Positions 11,685 through 24,762 of a stretch of DNA of 64,000 nt are shown in pieces (position 1 is the stretch's first letter; each line of letters starts with the position of its first letter). The notes below the pieces were generated by a model, which did not search any database, was not told the DNA's origin, and saw only the letters and a program-made list of their open reading frames with translations. A program made the position numbers and the translations under genes. Source of the DNA: Dicyema japonicum (taxonomy: Eukaryota > Animalia > Dicyemida); contig RDEW01000015.1 of assembly GCA_011109175.1 (NCBI GenBank), forward strand, positions 142,310-206,309, written 5' to 3'.

Positions 11685-14290
11685 CCCAAAAACACCAATA
11701 GTTAATCTCCTGAAATTAATCAGGTGATCCCGACAATCCTGATGAGCTTTCTCAGCTTCTCACGATGTTCGACTTTTGACCCAACACAGTCAAGGTACGG
11801 GCGGGGGACAGTGTTCGTAAGAAGACCAACTGAGGTGATGTGCTTCTGGAAACTGGTTGACACAGGACGGTCTGTCAACGACAAGTCCTGCTGGAGGGTT
11901 AATGTTATGAAACTTTTGCCGTTTTGCTTGATAAAGTGGTCAAAGGGACTGGGTAAAATATTGTTCAACTTTGCAATGTGCATTATGGTAGTCGCGACAT
12001 AGGGTGTTGTCAACTTTAAGACGGTTGGTCCACGAGAGATTAATTCCCCAGGCTGCACAGGCATAACTGATAGTCGGCTCAATGAATTGCTTATAGAGAA
12101 TACAGAGAGCAGGGAATGGCTTTTTTATTCCACCAAGTTCCAATGGTCTTCTAAATATGGGCAGAAAAACACATGTGAGTATCAAAGTGACCCCAAGAAT
12201 TTTAGGGTTCTTAGTAAAAGGGATTTTTCCGTTGTCCAAAAATAGATCCACGGTACGTACATCTTCCGAGCCTTTTGTCCGAGGTAAATAGAGTGGTAAA
12301 GGATTTTCCGGGAGATATGTTCATCAGGTTTTGGTGTAGCCAAGTTTGAATTTGTAACAAGAGTTCTTGTACTTTTTTCAGCATAGGCGAGAATTATCGA
12401 GTCTTCCATAACTGGGTTAGGAATGTCTGAAAGGTTTAAGTTGAATAGGGCAGGAGACAGGGGGAGCCTTGCGGAACTCAATTTGGAAGTATACTTGAAA
12501 CTGATGCAAATTCCATCCAAGCATACACGCCCTCTCCTTCCGCTGAGGAAATTTGAAAGCCATAATTTTATGTTAGAGTTGATGGATATTCTAAATATTT
12601 TTTGAGTAAGGATTTTTCTGGATAAAGAATCGAAGGCCTTTTGTAGGTCAAGAGAGCATAAAACAGATTTTATACGTGGTTTTGCAGAAAAGCCTTCAAT
12701 AATGAACAGGTTCAATGAGGTACGGTGTGTTGATGTAGACCGGTTTCTCCTGAAACCATGTTGGAGATGTGTAAGAGGAAAGGAAGAGTAAATGATGCGT
12801 AGAATGAGTGTTTTTCAGGAGCTTCGAAGATGAGAATAGTAGTGCAATGGGTCTGTACGAAGAAGGATCAATCAATGTGATAAGCAGTATAATGAGGAAG
12901 ACCTTTTTAGTTTCGTGGTCGTAAAGGAAGGGCTGGTTCTCAGGAATTTTTTGTGGTTGATTCCGACAAAAAAATTCATAAGGTTGTTTAGTTCTTGGAC
13001 ATTTGGCTGGCCTGTGTTATTAGGTTTCGTATATGGTCCGAGCTTTTTAATGGTCTTCCACATGTATTGGCTAAATTTATGCTTGCAAAGACCATTCATT
13101 CCTTTGAGATGACTTCAACCTCTGTACGACTGCGTCGTTGAGGCTCTTGATTTGGCTTCTCCTCCCGGGGAAAGGTGGAAAATTTCTTTTAAGCTGATTC
13201 CTTTCTTTGATGAGGGCTCTAGTTTCTCGATCTAGTTTATCTTTGTACCGCCTGAAGGAACATCTTGGAAGAAATAGTTTTCTTCCCAGTAAGATCACGA
13301 CATTTTACAGCTCCATCAATAGATTTGAATAAATTGGTGAAGTTTTGTAGCATTATGTCTGTGAAAGTTGTATAATCTCTCCAGTTTGCGTTCTTATAGT
13401 TGAAGAATGACGTATTTTCTTCATCGGAGGAAAGGCTTTCTTGATTCCGATGATGATTGGGTTGTGATCGGAGTTGAGGTCATAGTGGATAGACCATGAA
13501 ATGGTTTAAGTTAGGTTAATAGTGCAAAATGTAAAGTCCGGAGAAATATAACATTCGTTATCTTTGTAAGGCGTACTCGTGTGGGTCTTCAGATTGTTGA
13601 GGATCCACATTGGCGAGAGTTGTTCAAATAGGGACCACCCTCTATAGTCAGCCCGTTGTGATTTTAGCCAAGTTGGGTGTTTGGCATTTAAATCTCCACA
13701 AATAATCAGATTCCTTAGGTTGTTTAACTTCGAGAGGTCTGGATTATGTCCCTTCGGGCAGGAAGAAGGGTGTGAAACATAAATATTAGCAATGTTGACT
13801 TTTCCAATGACAGTGGGAATCGAGATGCCTGTTATTTCTGTAGCATCATCTTGGGTAAAAGACTTGAGGTCATCTGTGATGTCAGTATACAGTAACCCAT
13901 TCTTAATAATGAACATGAGGCCTCCGCCTTTCCGGTTCAACCGGTCCAAACGGATACAGTTGTATCCAGGGAAGGAGTAGTTGATGTAGGCGTCAATCTG
14001 GTCTCTTGAATTGCTGCCACATCCACATTTTGTTTATTTAGATAAAGCGCGTAGTTCGAGAATTTTTCCTTTGATTCCATTGATGTTAAGCTGTAGAATC
14101 GTTAATTGCGGGCCTGGATTTTGCTCAACGTCGCCTGCAAGTATTAAGGTTAGGTCTTTTGTCCAAAAGAGGCTGAGGCAGCAGGGTTGTCGTCTGAAGA
14201 TGACTCCAGATGGGGGAAAATGCAGGTCCTTTTTTGTGTATAGAAGAACTCGGCGCCACCATAAAAGGTGGACGACATGACGATTAACAT
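11685..14290 (-). mobile_element. Ingi/Vingi-like LINE, near full length, decayed (leader, 2A, APE, RT, no RNase H seen)
   Basis: GDVEQNPGP then LTILQLNINGIKGK; DRLNRKGGGL; ICGDLNAKHPTW; DLQKAFDSL; NPKILGVT; family 3' end near 11690-11730. Confidence 0.85.
14109..14170 (-). other. 2A (StopGo) ribosome-skip peptide, canonical
   Basis: FWTKDLTLILAGDVEQNPGP matches D(V/I)ExNPGP, directly before the APE domain. Confidence 0.9.
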
Positions 14291-14380
14291 TAAAGTTAAC
14301 TCTAATCAAATGTTAGATAGTGTGAAATGTCAAAAGTATAAAATAATAAATTTAATATTTAAAAATAATAAAATATTTTA

Positions 14381-15653
14381 ATGAAAAGTGTGGCATGTGC
14401 TGTCTCAGGAGGAGTAGACAGTGCAGTATCTGCTTATTTACTTAAACAGAAAGGTTATAAGTGATAACTATTAAGGATATTCTGTGACTGGTGTTTTTAT
14501 TAAATGTTGGGATACAACAGAAGAGATTGGTCATTGTATAGCCGACAAGGAATTAGAATCTGCTCAATTTGTATGTGATAGGTTAAGAATCCCTTTAATT
14601 AAAATTGATTTTATTAAAGAATATTGGAATGATGTGTTTATGTAATTTTATAAATTAAATTAAGTTCATTTTTGGATGATTATTCTAATGGAATTGTACC
14701 AAATCCAGATATTCTCTGCAATCAACATGTTAAATTCTCACATTTAATGAATACTGCTCTTAATCGTCTTCAGTGTGATTATTTAGCAACTGGTCATTAT
14801 GCTTCCCTACTCTGTTCTCATTCGTCATTCCGTCTTTACCAACCAATGGATATTATTAAAGATCAGACTTATTTCTTAGCATGTGTACCTCAAACTGCTT
14901 TCAAGACAACGCTATTCCCCATTTCTGGATTGGTAAAGTCAGATGTGAGACAAATAGCCCGTCAGATTGGGTTAGAACAGGTAGTTGATAGAAGGGAGGT
15001 AATATTCATAAACAATTAGACTTCTGGTATATGCTTCATTGGGAGAAGGAATTTTGAGAAATTTATAAGTGACTATATTAGTTCTGTCTCTAATGGAAAA
15101 TTTATTGACATTGAGACTGGAAAGATTGTTGGTGATCACATGGGTGTTCATTTTTGGAATCCTGGGAAAAATGTGAGAATTGGTGGACAAGCGCATCCAT
15201 ATTATGCTGTAGAATGTCTACCTGAGGAACAAATTGTTTATGTTGTTTGTGCTTATTATTCATAATTAGGCATCTAATACTAATCATCCAGCACTCTTTA
15301 GAAAGGCTGCACTGACTGAGGAACCATTTTGGATTTCTGGATTTAGTCCTCTCCCCGATTATGAGTGGCTTTCATGCTACATTCGCTTTCAACACGGACG
15401 GCCAATGATAAAAGGGAAGATTCGCACATGTTATAAAAATTGTCTTAATGTCTGTTTTGATCGTCCCGTGAGGGGGCTCTGTTTGGGTCAATTTTTGGTT
15501 TTTTATTCTCTCAACACTATTGAAATTGATTCAAACTACAGACATGAATGTTTTGGTGGAGCTAGAATGAATGCTCTTGGTCCTTCCCTTTATGATTTTG
15601 GAGAACGTAAATATCAGAAACTTGATAAACTCAGTCTTGAATCACTTTCTTAA
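14381..15653 (+). CDS. TRMU: Mitochondrial tRNA-specific 2-thiouridylase (MnmA/MTU1)
   Basis: [51 protein letters not shown]; 22-23 nt GT-AG introns. Confidence 0.92.
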
Positions 15654-16019
15654 TTTAAAATATAACTTAAACACCCTCATTTATCCTACAATAGTCACTA
15701 AGAATATGCTTATAAAAAAGTTTTCCAAAAAACTGAGGGTCAATAAAAAATTTTATGTTCTTAAAAATCAAAATTATTATTTTTGCATAGTTATTATCCC
15801 ATGTTACAACTGCTTTTAAAACTATCAGTTATTTTTAAATTCGTATTAACTATTGAGTTAATACGAATTTTCTGGAGAGTAAGGCTTGGACTCCACACCC
15901 TTCCTCCTTTTTAATTTTCTTAAAACGTTTCTCCCAGTTTTATGTACATGTCTTGGATCTTTGATTTTCTCCTGAAACCGTTGATCCTTCACAATATTGC
16001 TAACTGGTACTAGCAGCTT

Positions 16020-18750
16020 CTCTTCGTCCTCGTTTAGACAGTCTCTCGGTTTCTTTTTTAAAGAGAGCTAAATTGTGACGGACAACATGCCCAAAGAACG
16101 CCAATCTGTGTTTTACGATTCTTCCTTTTAGTGAAATGTCCGTCTCTACCCGTAGTGAGATACATCGATGTTTTGTTTATTTTGGAAGTCCAAGGGATTC
16201 TTAATAACCTCCTCTAGCACCACAGCTCAAAAGCATAAAATTTTTCATCTATCCGCCTTTTTCAGAATCCATGATTCTGCATCGTATAGAAAAACCGGGA
16301 ACACGATTGCATAACCAGTCTGCATTTGGTCCTTAAAGGAAATATCTTTGCTTCATTTTCTGGAAGATGTCTCGTCCCATGGCAATTCGCCCTCTTGATT
16401 TCCAAGCCTCCGTCACCATTCCGATTAATTAGACATCCCAGACAACATTATTGCAACTCTCTATTTTCTTATTCCCAATTTTTAGTTCCATTATTAACAG
16501 TCATAATTTTGGTCTTCTCGATATTTAGCAATAAACCAAAGACGGCGCTATCTTCTCTGAATCTTAGAATCAACTCCCTGAGGCCATCCTCTGTTTCAGC
16601 CAATAAGGTTGTATCGTCAGCATAGCGCAAATTATTGATGTTCCTGCCTCCAATTTTAATCCCGTTATTTGATACAGTATCCAATTTAGTCATGATCATT
16701 TCGGTATAAATATTGAATAGGATGGGAGATAGTAAGCATCCTTGTCCTTTACCATATTTGAACCAATCGGTATTCCATACACTGTTCTAACAGTTGTTCT
16801 TGATCCTTATAAAGAGATTTGACAAGCAATATCAGATGGGCATCGAATCCAAATTCTTTTTAAGCGGACCACAGCTTGTCATGTATAACGGAATCAAAAG
16901 CTTTCCGATAGTCAATGAAGCAAATGTATACACTCTTTTGGGATTCATGGGCTTTCTCCATAATCCACCGGACATTTGCTATATGGTCACGTGTGCCTCG
17001 TCCCTTCCTGAATCCTGCTTGGACATTCGGTAGAATCATTTCGGCATTTGGCATTAGACATGTTGTATTATCTTTAGAAGTATTTTGCTGACGTGGGGAA
17101 TTAAGGCTATTGTACGATGTTTGAACAGTCCTTCCTATCCCCCTTTTTCGGTATTGGAATAAATATAGATCTTTTCCACTCACGTGGCCAAATACCAGTT
17201 TCCCAAATTTTTTTGGACATAGAATAATGATAGCTGTCACCGGTATAGCCTTCAACAATTCGCTTGAGATGTTGTCAATCCCCGATGCCTTGTTCCCCGT
17301 TAATTGCCGTGTAGCCCACACGCATTCCTCCTCAAGGATTTTATGCCCCTCACCCAACGTTGCTTCATCAACATATATGGGTGGGCACACAGTTTCTGAA
17401 TATAGCCGTATATTCTCTCCAACGATTTCGGATGTTCTGCTGGCCTAGCAATTCTACACCATCATTGTCATTGATTTTGCCCATCATTTTCGTAAAGGCG
17501 GTTCGTAATCTTTTTAGTTGTAAATGCGCATTCCTAGTGTGACCTCTTTTACAGTCATCTTCCATTTTTTTGCAGCGTAACCTCCAGTAGTCTTGTTTAT
17601 CCTTCCTGGCTGCCTTTTTGAATTCAGAGTTAAGTTTTCTTATCTCGTCTATATTCCCAGAGACTTTAGCAGCTTTACTAGCCTCAACAATGTTTAGGGT
17701 GTTGGCAGAGAGCCACTCAGAGCACATGGCCGGCGTTTTGTATTTGACATGTTATATTGCAGCGTTCCTGATAACCAACTGCATATCATTCCATAATTCA
17801 TCAGGCATCCTTCCGTTCAAATTCAGTAATCCAATATTGTGCTTAACTTCCATTGCGTATTCTGGTGGTATGTTTGAGACATCGAATTTCTTTACTCGGG
17901 GGTATTCCGAGTGTTGCTAGAATTCCTAATTTTTGCAACAAGTAGCTGATGGTCTGTTCCACAGTCTGCCCCTGGATATGTTTTGACGGCTGTTATAGAG
18001 CTTTTCCAACGTTTGGCGCACAAAATATAATCAATCTGGTCTCTAGAGATTCCATTTGGCGACGTCCAAGTGTATAATCGTCGTTTGTGCTGTTTGAACC
18101 ATGTGTTGGTTATCTGAAATCCATTTTCCAGTGCAGAATTGGACCAGTCGATCCCCAGCATCATTTCTTTCCCCCAAACATACACCCAACTTTTGAATTG
18201 AAATCCCCCATTATGTAGATTATGTCCATTTTGGGTATTAGTTTTAGTGCCTCTTGAAATTCATAATAAAATTGGTCAATTTCGTCATCCTTGGCGATAA
18301 ATGTTGGGGCATACACTTGCATGACCGTAATATTCAATGGTCGTCCACGGACGTGGATTAGTATTATCCAATCATTAAATATTCTATGACTTTCAATAGC
18401 ACGTGCAATTTTCTTTGAAGCAATGAAGGCCACTCCGTTTCTCTTCGCATTAATGTTACCAGAATAATATATGACGAAATCATCAGAACGAAAAAAACCA
18501 CTGTCAATCCAATGAAGTTCGCTTACTCCAAGCAGGTCAATCCTTCTCATTTCTCTTTTTACGACTTCTAGTTTCCCTTCGTTTAAGCCTCTTACGTTCC
18601 ATGTTGCGAAATTCTGTTTGACGAAGACTCGAGATTTGATGTTTTGCAGTAACGTTGCTTCCAATTAGATCGTAGGAGAGTTTGCTCATAAGATTTTCTT
18701 GGCATTTAAATATAGGTTGCCAGGTCTTTCCCCATCAACAGCTCTTATAT
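16020..18750 (-). mobile_element. RTE-BovB-like LINE, near full length, decayed
   Basis: FATWNVRGLNEGKLEVVKREMRRIDLLGVSELHW, QVYAPT, GDFNSKVG, QIDYIL, YPGADCGTDHQLL, QAGFRKGRGTRDHIAN, LRYADDTTLLAE; Bov-A-like 5' stretch near 18690-18750. Confidence 0.9.
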
Positions 18751-19052
18751 TGGGATAAGTTTCAGAGAATGTATAAACACCACAACAACACGTTGTAACA
18801 ACACGTGAAAAAACAAGTCTACCTTTTTGAAAACCAATACAGTTATAAACTCTAATTAGAATCTTTGTTTTTACATCCACTAATTGCTTTTTTTATTTCC
18901 TCCAGAGAAAAGATTTCAGATAAAGGCCTTCTATACAAAACTATATTTATATCATTAAACTCATTGTGAATTTCACGTGGAATAATGGATTATGGATCCA
19001 CCTTTAATCAAAGCAAGTCGTCCTCGTAATGCTTCAGACACTTCTTCTATAG

Positions 19053-20341
19053 AAGTGTTTCTTAACCTTTTTTGACCGGGGACCACTTTGGTCTGTTGAA
19101 TTTTTCTGGGGACCACATGTAACAAAACAATTTAATAAAAAACTAACAAAATTAAAAATCATAATATTTAGAGTTAGTGTGATTTTTTTGGTTGAGGTGG
19201 TGACGTCTCTCTTGAAAAGTATGTCCGAAAAACACGAAAATTGCAACCTAAATGACTTCTCTCTTTTAACGTTCAATGTCAAAGGACTCTCTAGTGCATG
19301 GAAAAGAAAAGAACTTTGTGAAGACCTTTCAAAATACAAGATATTAATCGGATGTCTCCAAGAACAAAAATATCGAAGGAGTTTGAAATCTTATACAAGA
19401 GAACAGGAACTGAGCCAATATCATGTGAGATTACTGATTCAAGATGGAGGCTCTTTGGACACATACTCCCCACGATATGGGGACTCCTGCCAACATAGCA
19501 ATGGAGGAGTATTTTGTCTTAGAAGCTTCTCGTTTCCACGGCCGGCCGAGGACAACACTGCCGGTTATTCTAGATGAAGCTCTCAGGATACGCTACGGAA
19601 CATGGCAACGGATCGAAAAAGATGGGGGACGTTAATTAGATTGTTAACTTTTCATGTTGCACATGCTTTGTCATGATCTTGACATCGCGTACGTGCCTAT
19701 AATAATATTTAGAGTTAGTGTGATTTTTGATCCTGCTTTTCAGAAACTAGCTGTTCAATTTTTGGTACAATGTTGGTAAGTGCCATATCGTCTCCCACCT
19801 TAAGTCTGTTGCGAACTTTACTTTTCAGAATAACAAGACATTTCACATAAATAAGTGGTTGGAAAGGGAATTATCACTTCCAGTGCATTTTTACTTAAGA
19901 TTGGATATTCATTAACAGAAATCCAGAATTCCATAATCGAAAGCGAATTAAATGTCAACTTGCAAAACTGCGAATTTCGCAATTCAATCAACTGTTCTTG
20001 GAAATCAATTTCTTGGCCGTCGTAAATTAATTTATTGGTTTCCAAAATAAAAGGGTGTATTATCCAAGTCGCAATTGGTTCAGTAACTGGGAAATAATCT
20101 CCAATTTTATTTTCAAGATTTTCGAGATGATCAATAATCAAAGAAAACCATTTTCAGGATCATTATCACCAATCTTATTTTCTACCATCGGAAACATTGA
20201 TTCGTATTTTTCTCCTCCATAGTGACAATTTTTCTTTAAACGCAGACATTTTTTCCATAGCTTCAATGTTGGAAGCATTACTACCTTAACATAAATTAAT
20301 TGACCTAAAAATATTTCTGGGGACCACGTTAAGAAACACTG
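19053..20341 (-). mobile_element. Non-autonomous hAT/Buster element with intact ends
   Basis: TIRs aagtgtttcttaac (19053-66) and gttaagaaacactg (20328-41); 8 bp TSD ttctatag (19045-52, 20342-49); hATC remnant EFWISVNEYPILSKNALEVIIPFPTTYLCE. Confidence 0.92.
19188..19701 (+). mobile_element. Internally deleted RTE-like mini-element nested in the hAT
   Basis: 27 bp TSD (19161-87, 19702-28); APE N-terminus TFNVKGL..CLQEQK fused to RT tail SRWRLFGHIL..GRPRTTLPVILDEAL; family 3' UTR. Confidence 0.85.
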
Positions 20342-20719
20342 TTCTATAGTGATTAAAGCACCATCATGAGTTTAATTATTCATTCTCCTTTTTATCAGAA
20401 CAACACATTTTCGAAAGGAGTTTCAAAAGTTTGGATTATACCAGGAGAGTTTAGGGCATTCTTTTATATTTTCTTAATTTTTTCTTAACAAATTCTATCA
20501 ATCTTCTTAATGAGTTTATTTTTTTCTATCAGAAAACTTAAATCCCGAAAAACCCAGCATTGTTACTATTTGTTTTTAGCTTGCTTTTTTCACAAACTAC
20601 CACAGTCAAAACACATTTTATAGAGAATAAGAGTTCTTTTGAGATTACTTTACGATAATTCATTAAGTAATCAATATCCATATAACTAATGATTTTATTT
20701 TGTAATTTCTCAGATTACA

Positions 20720-22594
20720 CTCCGACTTTGATTTGGAGAAAACCTCACCTTGATTTTTGGAGAACCATCAGATTTTTGAACACTTGGTTCAAAAACCAGG
20801 ATATAGAGAAAAATCAAACAGTGAACATTTTGCAAACGTTTTGGATGCCACGCTAAAGGAAGTGGAGAATCTAAAGGATTGTGCGCAATGTTCTTGCCAA
20901 TGCGCCTGCTTAAGAGGAGGAACCAAAAGGGCAATCTAAAAATTCAGGATAACAAAGGGAATGTGATTTTTGACGCTACGGAACAAGCCGAACTTATTGC
21001 TGCTCATTTTGAAAAACTCTTTGATGTTGACGGGGAAAAGGTGGACCTAATCACTGGTAATGCAGGAAATCTTGTAGATAAAATCACGGTGGGAGAAGTT
21101 ATGAAAGCAATAGAGAGACTGAAGTGCAATCGATCGTCAAGACCGGATGGCAAAAGTGCTGAATTACTAAAGTACGACCCCAAAACCCTGGTGGAAATCG
21201 TGGCCAAAGTATTGAACGAAGTGTTTGCAACTTCTTCCGTTGGGCAAAAGAATTCTGGTGCCGATTCAAAAACCGAATAAGAAAGCGGGCCCTGTGGAAA
21301 ACCTGCGCCCAGTCATCCTACTCAATACGCTAAGAAAGGTCCTTGCTCTGGTTGTGCTGGATCGTGTGCAAGAGCCTGTGAATGAATTCCTGTCCTCGAG
21401 CCACAGTGAATTCAGGACAGGCAGATCTACCGCTGATGTGGTCTGGGGGCATAGGTGACGTTGTGTCACTTACCAAAGATTTGAGAGTGAGACTACAATT
21501 TTGGGGATCGACACGTCGAGAGCTTTCGACACAATTCGCCGAGAAAAGCTTATTTCTGCTTTGCGCGGATTCCTTAATAGGGATTTTTTACCCCAAGAAT
21601 ACTAAGGTGGAGAGTGAAGTCATTTCTACAGTGGACAATGAAAACCGGCTGTTCGCTTTCACTCTCTAAATCTGACTATCTAGAAAATGCGGGGAATCTA
21701 TGGAGAATGAGACCGTCCCCGTTTTTACCAATTCTGTTGGATCTTTGAGTACCACGAACGAGAGCCAGAACCCGGAAAACATGGATCACTTAGTTAGTAG
21801 TTAACTTTTAACTTAATAGGGATTATGTCAGAATTATACAAGTTTTATTGTCGAACAAAGAACTGACGGTACGAGTTGGGAGTACGTCGTCCAGAAAATT
21901 TTCGACGACTGTGGGTACCCCCCCTTCCCCCAGAGGGACTCTCTTTGCTGTTTGTGGTATACCTGGAGGTAGCACTGCGTGGTCTTAGAAGTTTTTATAA
22001 TGGCCAAATCACCGAAATTATATACGCTGATGATGTGGATTTCGTATCGGAAGATAAAGCAGCCTTGAGGCGGTTACTTAACGTTGCCCCTGCAGAGCTT
22101 GAGAAATGGTTTCTTTGCGCCTCTACAATACTTTCGTGAAGCCGGTCCTGTTATATAACTCTTTTTGCTGGGGGACCTCGGTCTCAGAAACCAAAATTCT
22201 TAACCCCTTACATCGAAGGCAATTACGAAAACTGTTCGGGGTACAATGGCCGACACGGATCAACAATGAGGCACTGTACCGAACGTGCTCAACGCGACCT
22301 GTGACTTGAGATGTGGTGGAGGCCCGATGGAGACTGTTTGGACATGTCCCACATCACCTGCAAATTTGGCAATGGAGGAATATAAAATTATATTTACGTA
22401 TTACGCTACCGAGGGTTCTGGATGAGGATCTCAAAGCAATCAACAGGAAGCTCGTAAGTGAGGAGGATCTGGATGCTATGAGAAGTATGGCGTGTAACAG
22501 GGAGGATGGACGAGATTAATCAGAAAAATCGCTTTAAGTGCCGCTCTTGTGGAAATATAACAATTATGTTTCTACGATAGTTGCCTATAATAAT
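20720..22594 (+). mobile_element. RTE-like LINE, decayed
   Basis: ENLRPVILLNTLRKVLA, FRTGRSTADVVW, IIYADDVDFV, RWRLFGHV; tail gcctataataat. Confidence 0.85.
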
Positions 22595-22939
22595 CCTCCA
22601 CTTTCATATTTATTCGCTATCTTTGGATTAATAGTTCTTTTCAGGTCATATTTACATTCTTAGAATATTTAGTGATTTTAAAGAATAAAATTCCATCCAT
22701 CTCTAGGAATCCTCCGAAGTTTTTATTTTGTGGCGAGACTATTCAAGACACCCATTCACCATAAAAAATGCAGAATTATAAAAAAGAGAATAAAAATTAG
22801 TTCAAGCAGAAGGAAAATACTTTTTTGTGCGATTTTCCTGATTCCAATACACAAAAAATTATTTGTTTCTGTGGAAATTTATTTATTAACTCCAGGCTTA
22901 CAATTTTAGTAGACGGTTAATGCGGTTAATAATTATTTT

Positions 22940-23490
22940 ATTTATTAACTCTGGGATCACCGAGAAAGAAAGACAAAAGTAATGTCAACTAGTTAGGTGA
23001 TCCCAGTTCCCGCAACCAAACGTGCCATCCGAAGCCTGTGCGTCTCCATTGTTCTCACTGTCGAACGAAAATGCCTTCTTTGAGCCTTGAAGATGAAACC
23101 GATTGGGGACGGAAATTTTTTGGCCAACCGATTTTCTTTCCGTGGATCAGTGAATGGGTTAGTGGGTGCCAATATTTTTCGCAAATGTGGAGAAATCCGG
23201 AACCACATCTACGAGTTGTAGATTCCGTCAGCAGGGGAGGTATTTTTGTTCCACATTGTGGTCCCAGCATACGTATTGTATTCCTTTGCAGTAAGTTTAG
23301 TTTTTGGATAGTGACCTCTGATAACGCGAATCTTTACGGAGCAAAGGCATATTCCACAGCCGACGCGATTGTCTGGCGGTATATGATTCCGATTGCTTTA
23401 TTCATATTCGCTGGGGGCTTCTGGATAAGGGCCCGTGTGACATTCAATTTCTGTAGTCCTTTGGTGAATACTTATTTGGCATGGTAGGTA
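22940..23490 (-). mobile_element. Ingi/Vingi-like LINE 3' fragment with terminal stem-loop
   Basis: ORF tail RLRMARLVAGTGIT*; homologous to 55515-56100; 11 bp inverted repeat 22951-61/22996-23006. Confidence 0.85.
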
Positions 23491-24762
23491 AAAAAATTAA
23501 GCAGTCGTTAGGTAGCTAATTGCGTATTTGCTTATGTGTTTTGGGTGAATTGAAGATACTTTGTCTGGGCCGCAGGCCCGTAAGTTCTTTAATCCGGCGA
23601 TAACCTCTGAGACCTGGGAATAATTATTTGAACGTAACAAAAATAGAAAACACAACTAAAAATGATCTCAAGATTAACTACTTTTTATTTTAAACAACAA
23701 AAATGAGTTTTAATAATTTTATGCAACATCAACGAAAGCTTTCCTCTTCCCCACTCCGAGTTTACTAATCCTGAGGTTTGTTAGAATCCGTGTTTGTAAA
23801 CTACGTAAATACTGTACTGTGTTTTCTTGAATGAAGCAACCGGGATATACGGAAATACATAGCATCATTTCTAAGTAGTCCTAATGAATAGGGATACTAA
23901 GGTTATGGGTAATACCTTCACTTTGTCCTTGTGAATTACTTCTCACTAGTTAGTAGGTCATTTAATTTTTCCCACTTCTTTAAGAAGTAACTCACTTTAA
24001 TCAACCAGATTTCATTCATCTTGCTACTAAATAAAATGTCAGGTATATTATATATTAAGTTCAGTCTGCATAGTCGTATCTACTTGGATTTTGACTTGCA
24101 TCGTTAGAAACATTTTTTGGATTAAGAAATCCAATAATTTCTTTGACTTTTTAAGGCCAAACCTCTTGATTAAGATTTGACTAAATAATATTTACAAATT
24201 AACCTAACGAAATAACGGATACGTTTATTTTAACAAAATAAGAATAACTAAATGATCTATGGCTATTTCATCGTTTGAATATCAAGCGACAACCAGGAGA
24301 TCGGCGGATGTGCAGATATCCGATTCCCATGTTGACTTGGAAATTTAAGCGTTGAGGGTTTAATAGCACTATTAGTCTCCCAAGCGAGAGAAGTAAACAA
24401 CACTTGGTCGGGTAGGTCAACATATTTTTTCAGCATTTGGGCTTTCTCAGCGGCCGAATAGACTTTAGATAATGTTGTTTACAGCGAAAGTAACCATGTT
24501 GGTGACATCCAATGAGCTTCCCGACTTAAAACGGAGAGATTGACCGTTTCCCATATTCCTAGCAAGTTGGCAGGTTAACCAAAAGGATAACCCTAGTTCA
24601 ATTAAGGAGTTATATTTAGGAGATTTTCCAGCACTCTTCCTAAATGTGAGTGGACCCTATTTGAGTCTGTTGATTACATAGAACTGTGTAAGTTAAAGCA
24701 AATTAATATACAAAAGAAATAAGTATAAACATGAAATACAGTCTCCAAATATAAAATTATAT

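Noticed and set aside
14195-14245. Conserved leader peptide TK...PPSG upstream of 2A
   Set aside because: Frame is not kept in other copies; the similarity is better explained by RNA-level conservation
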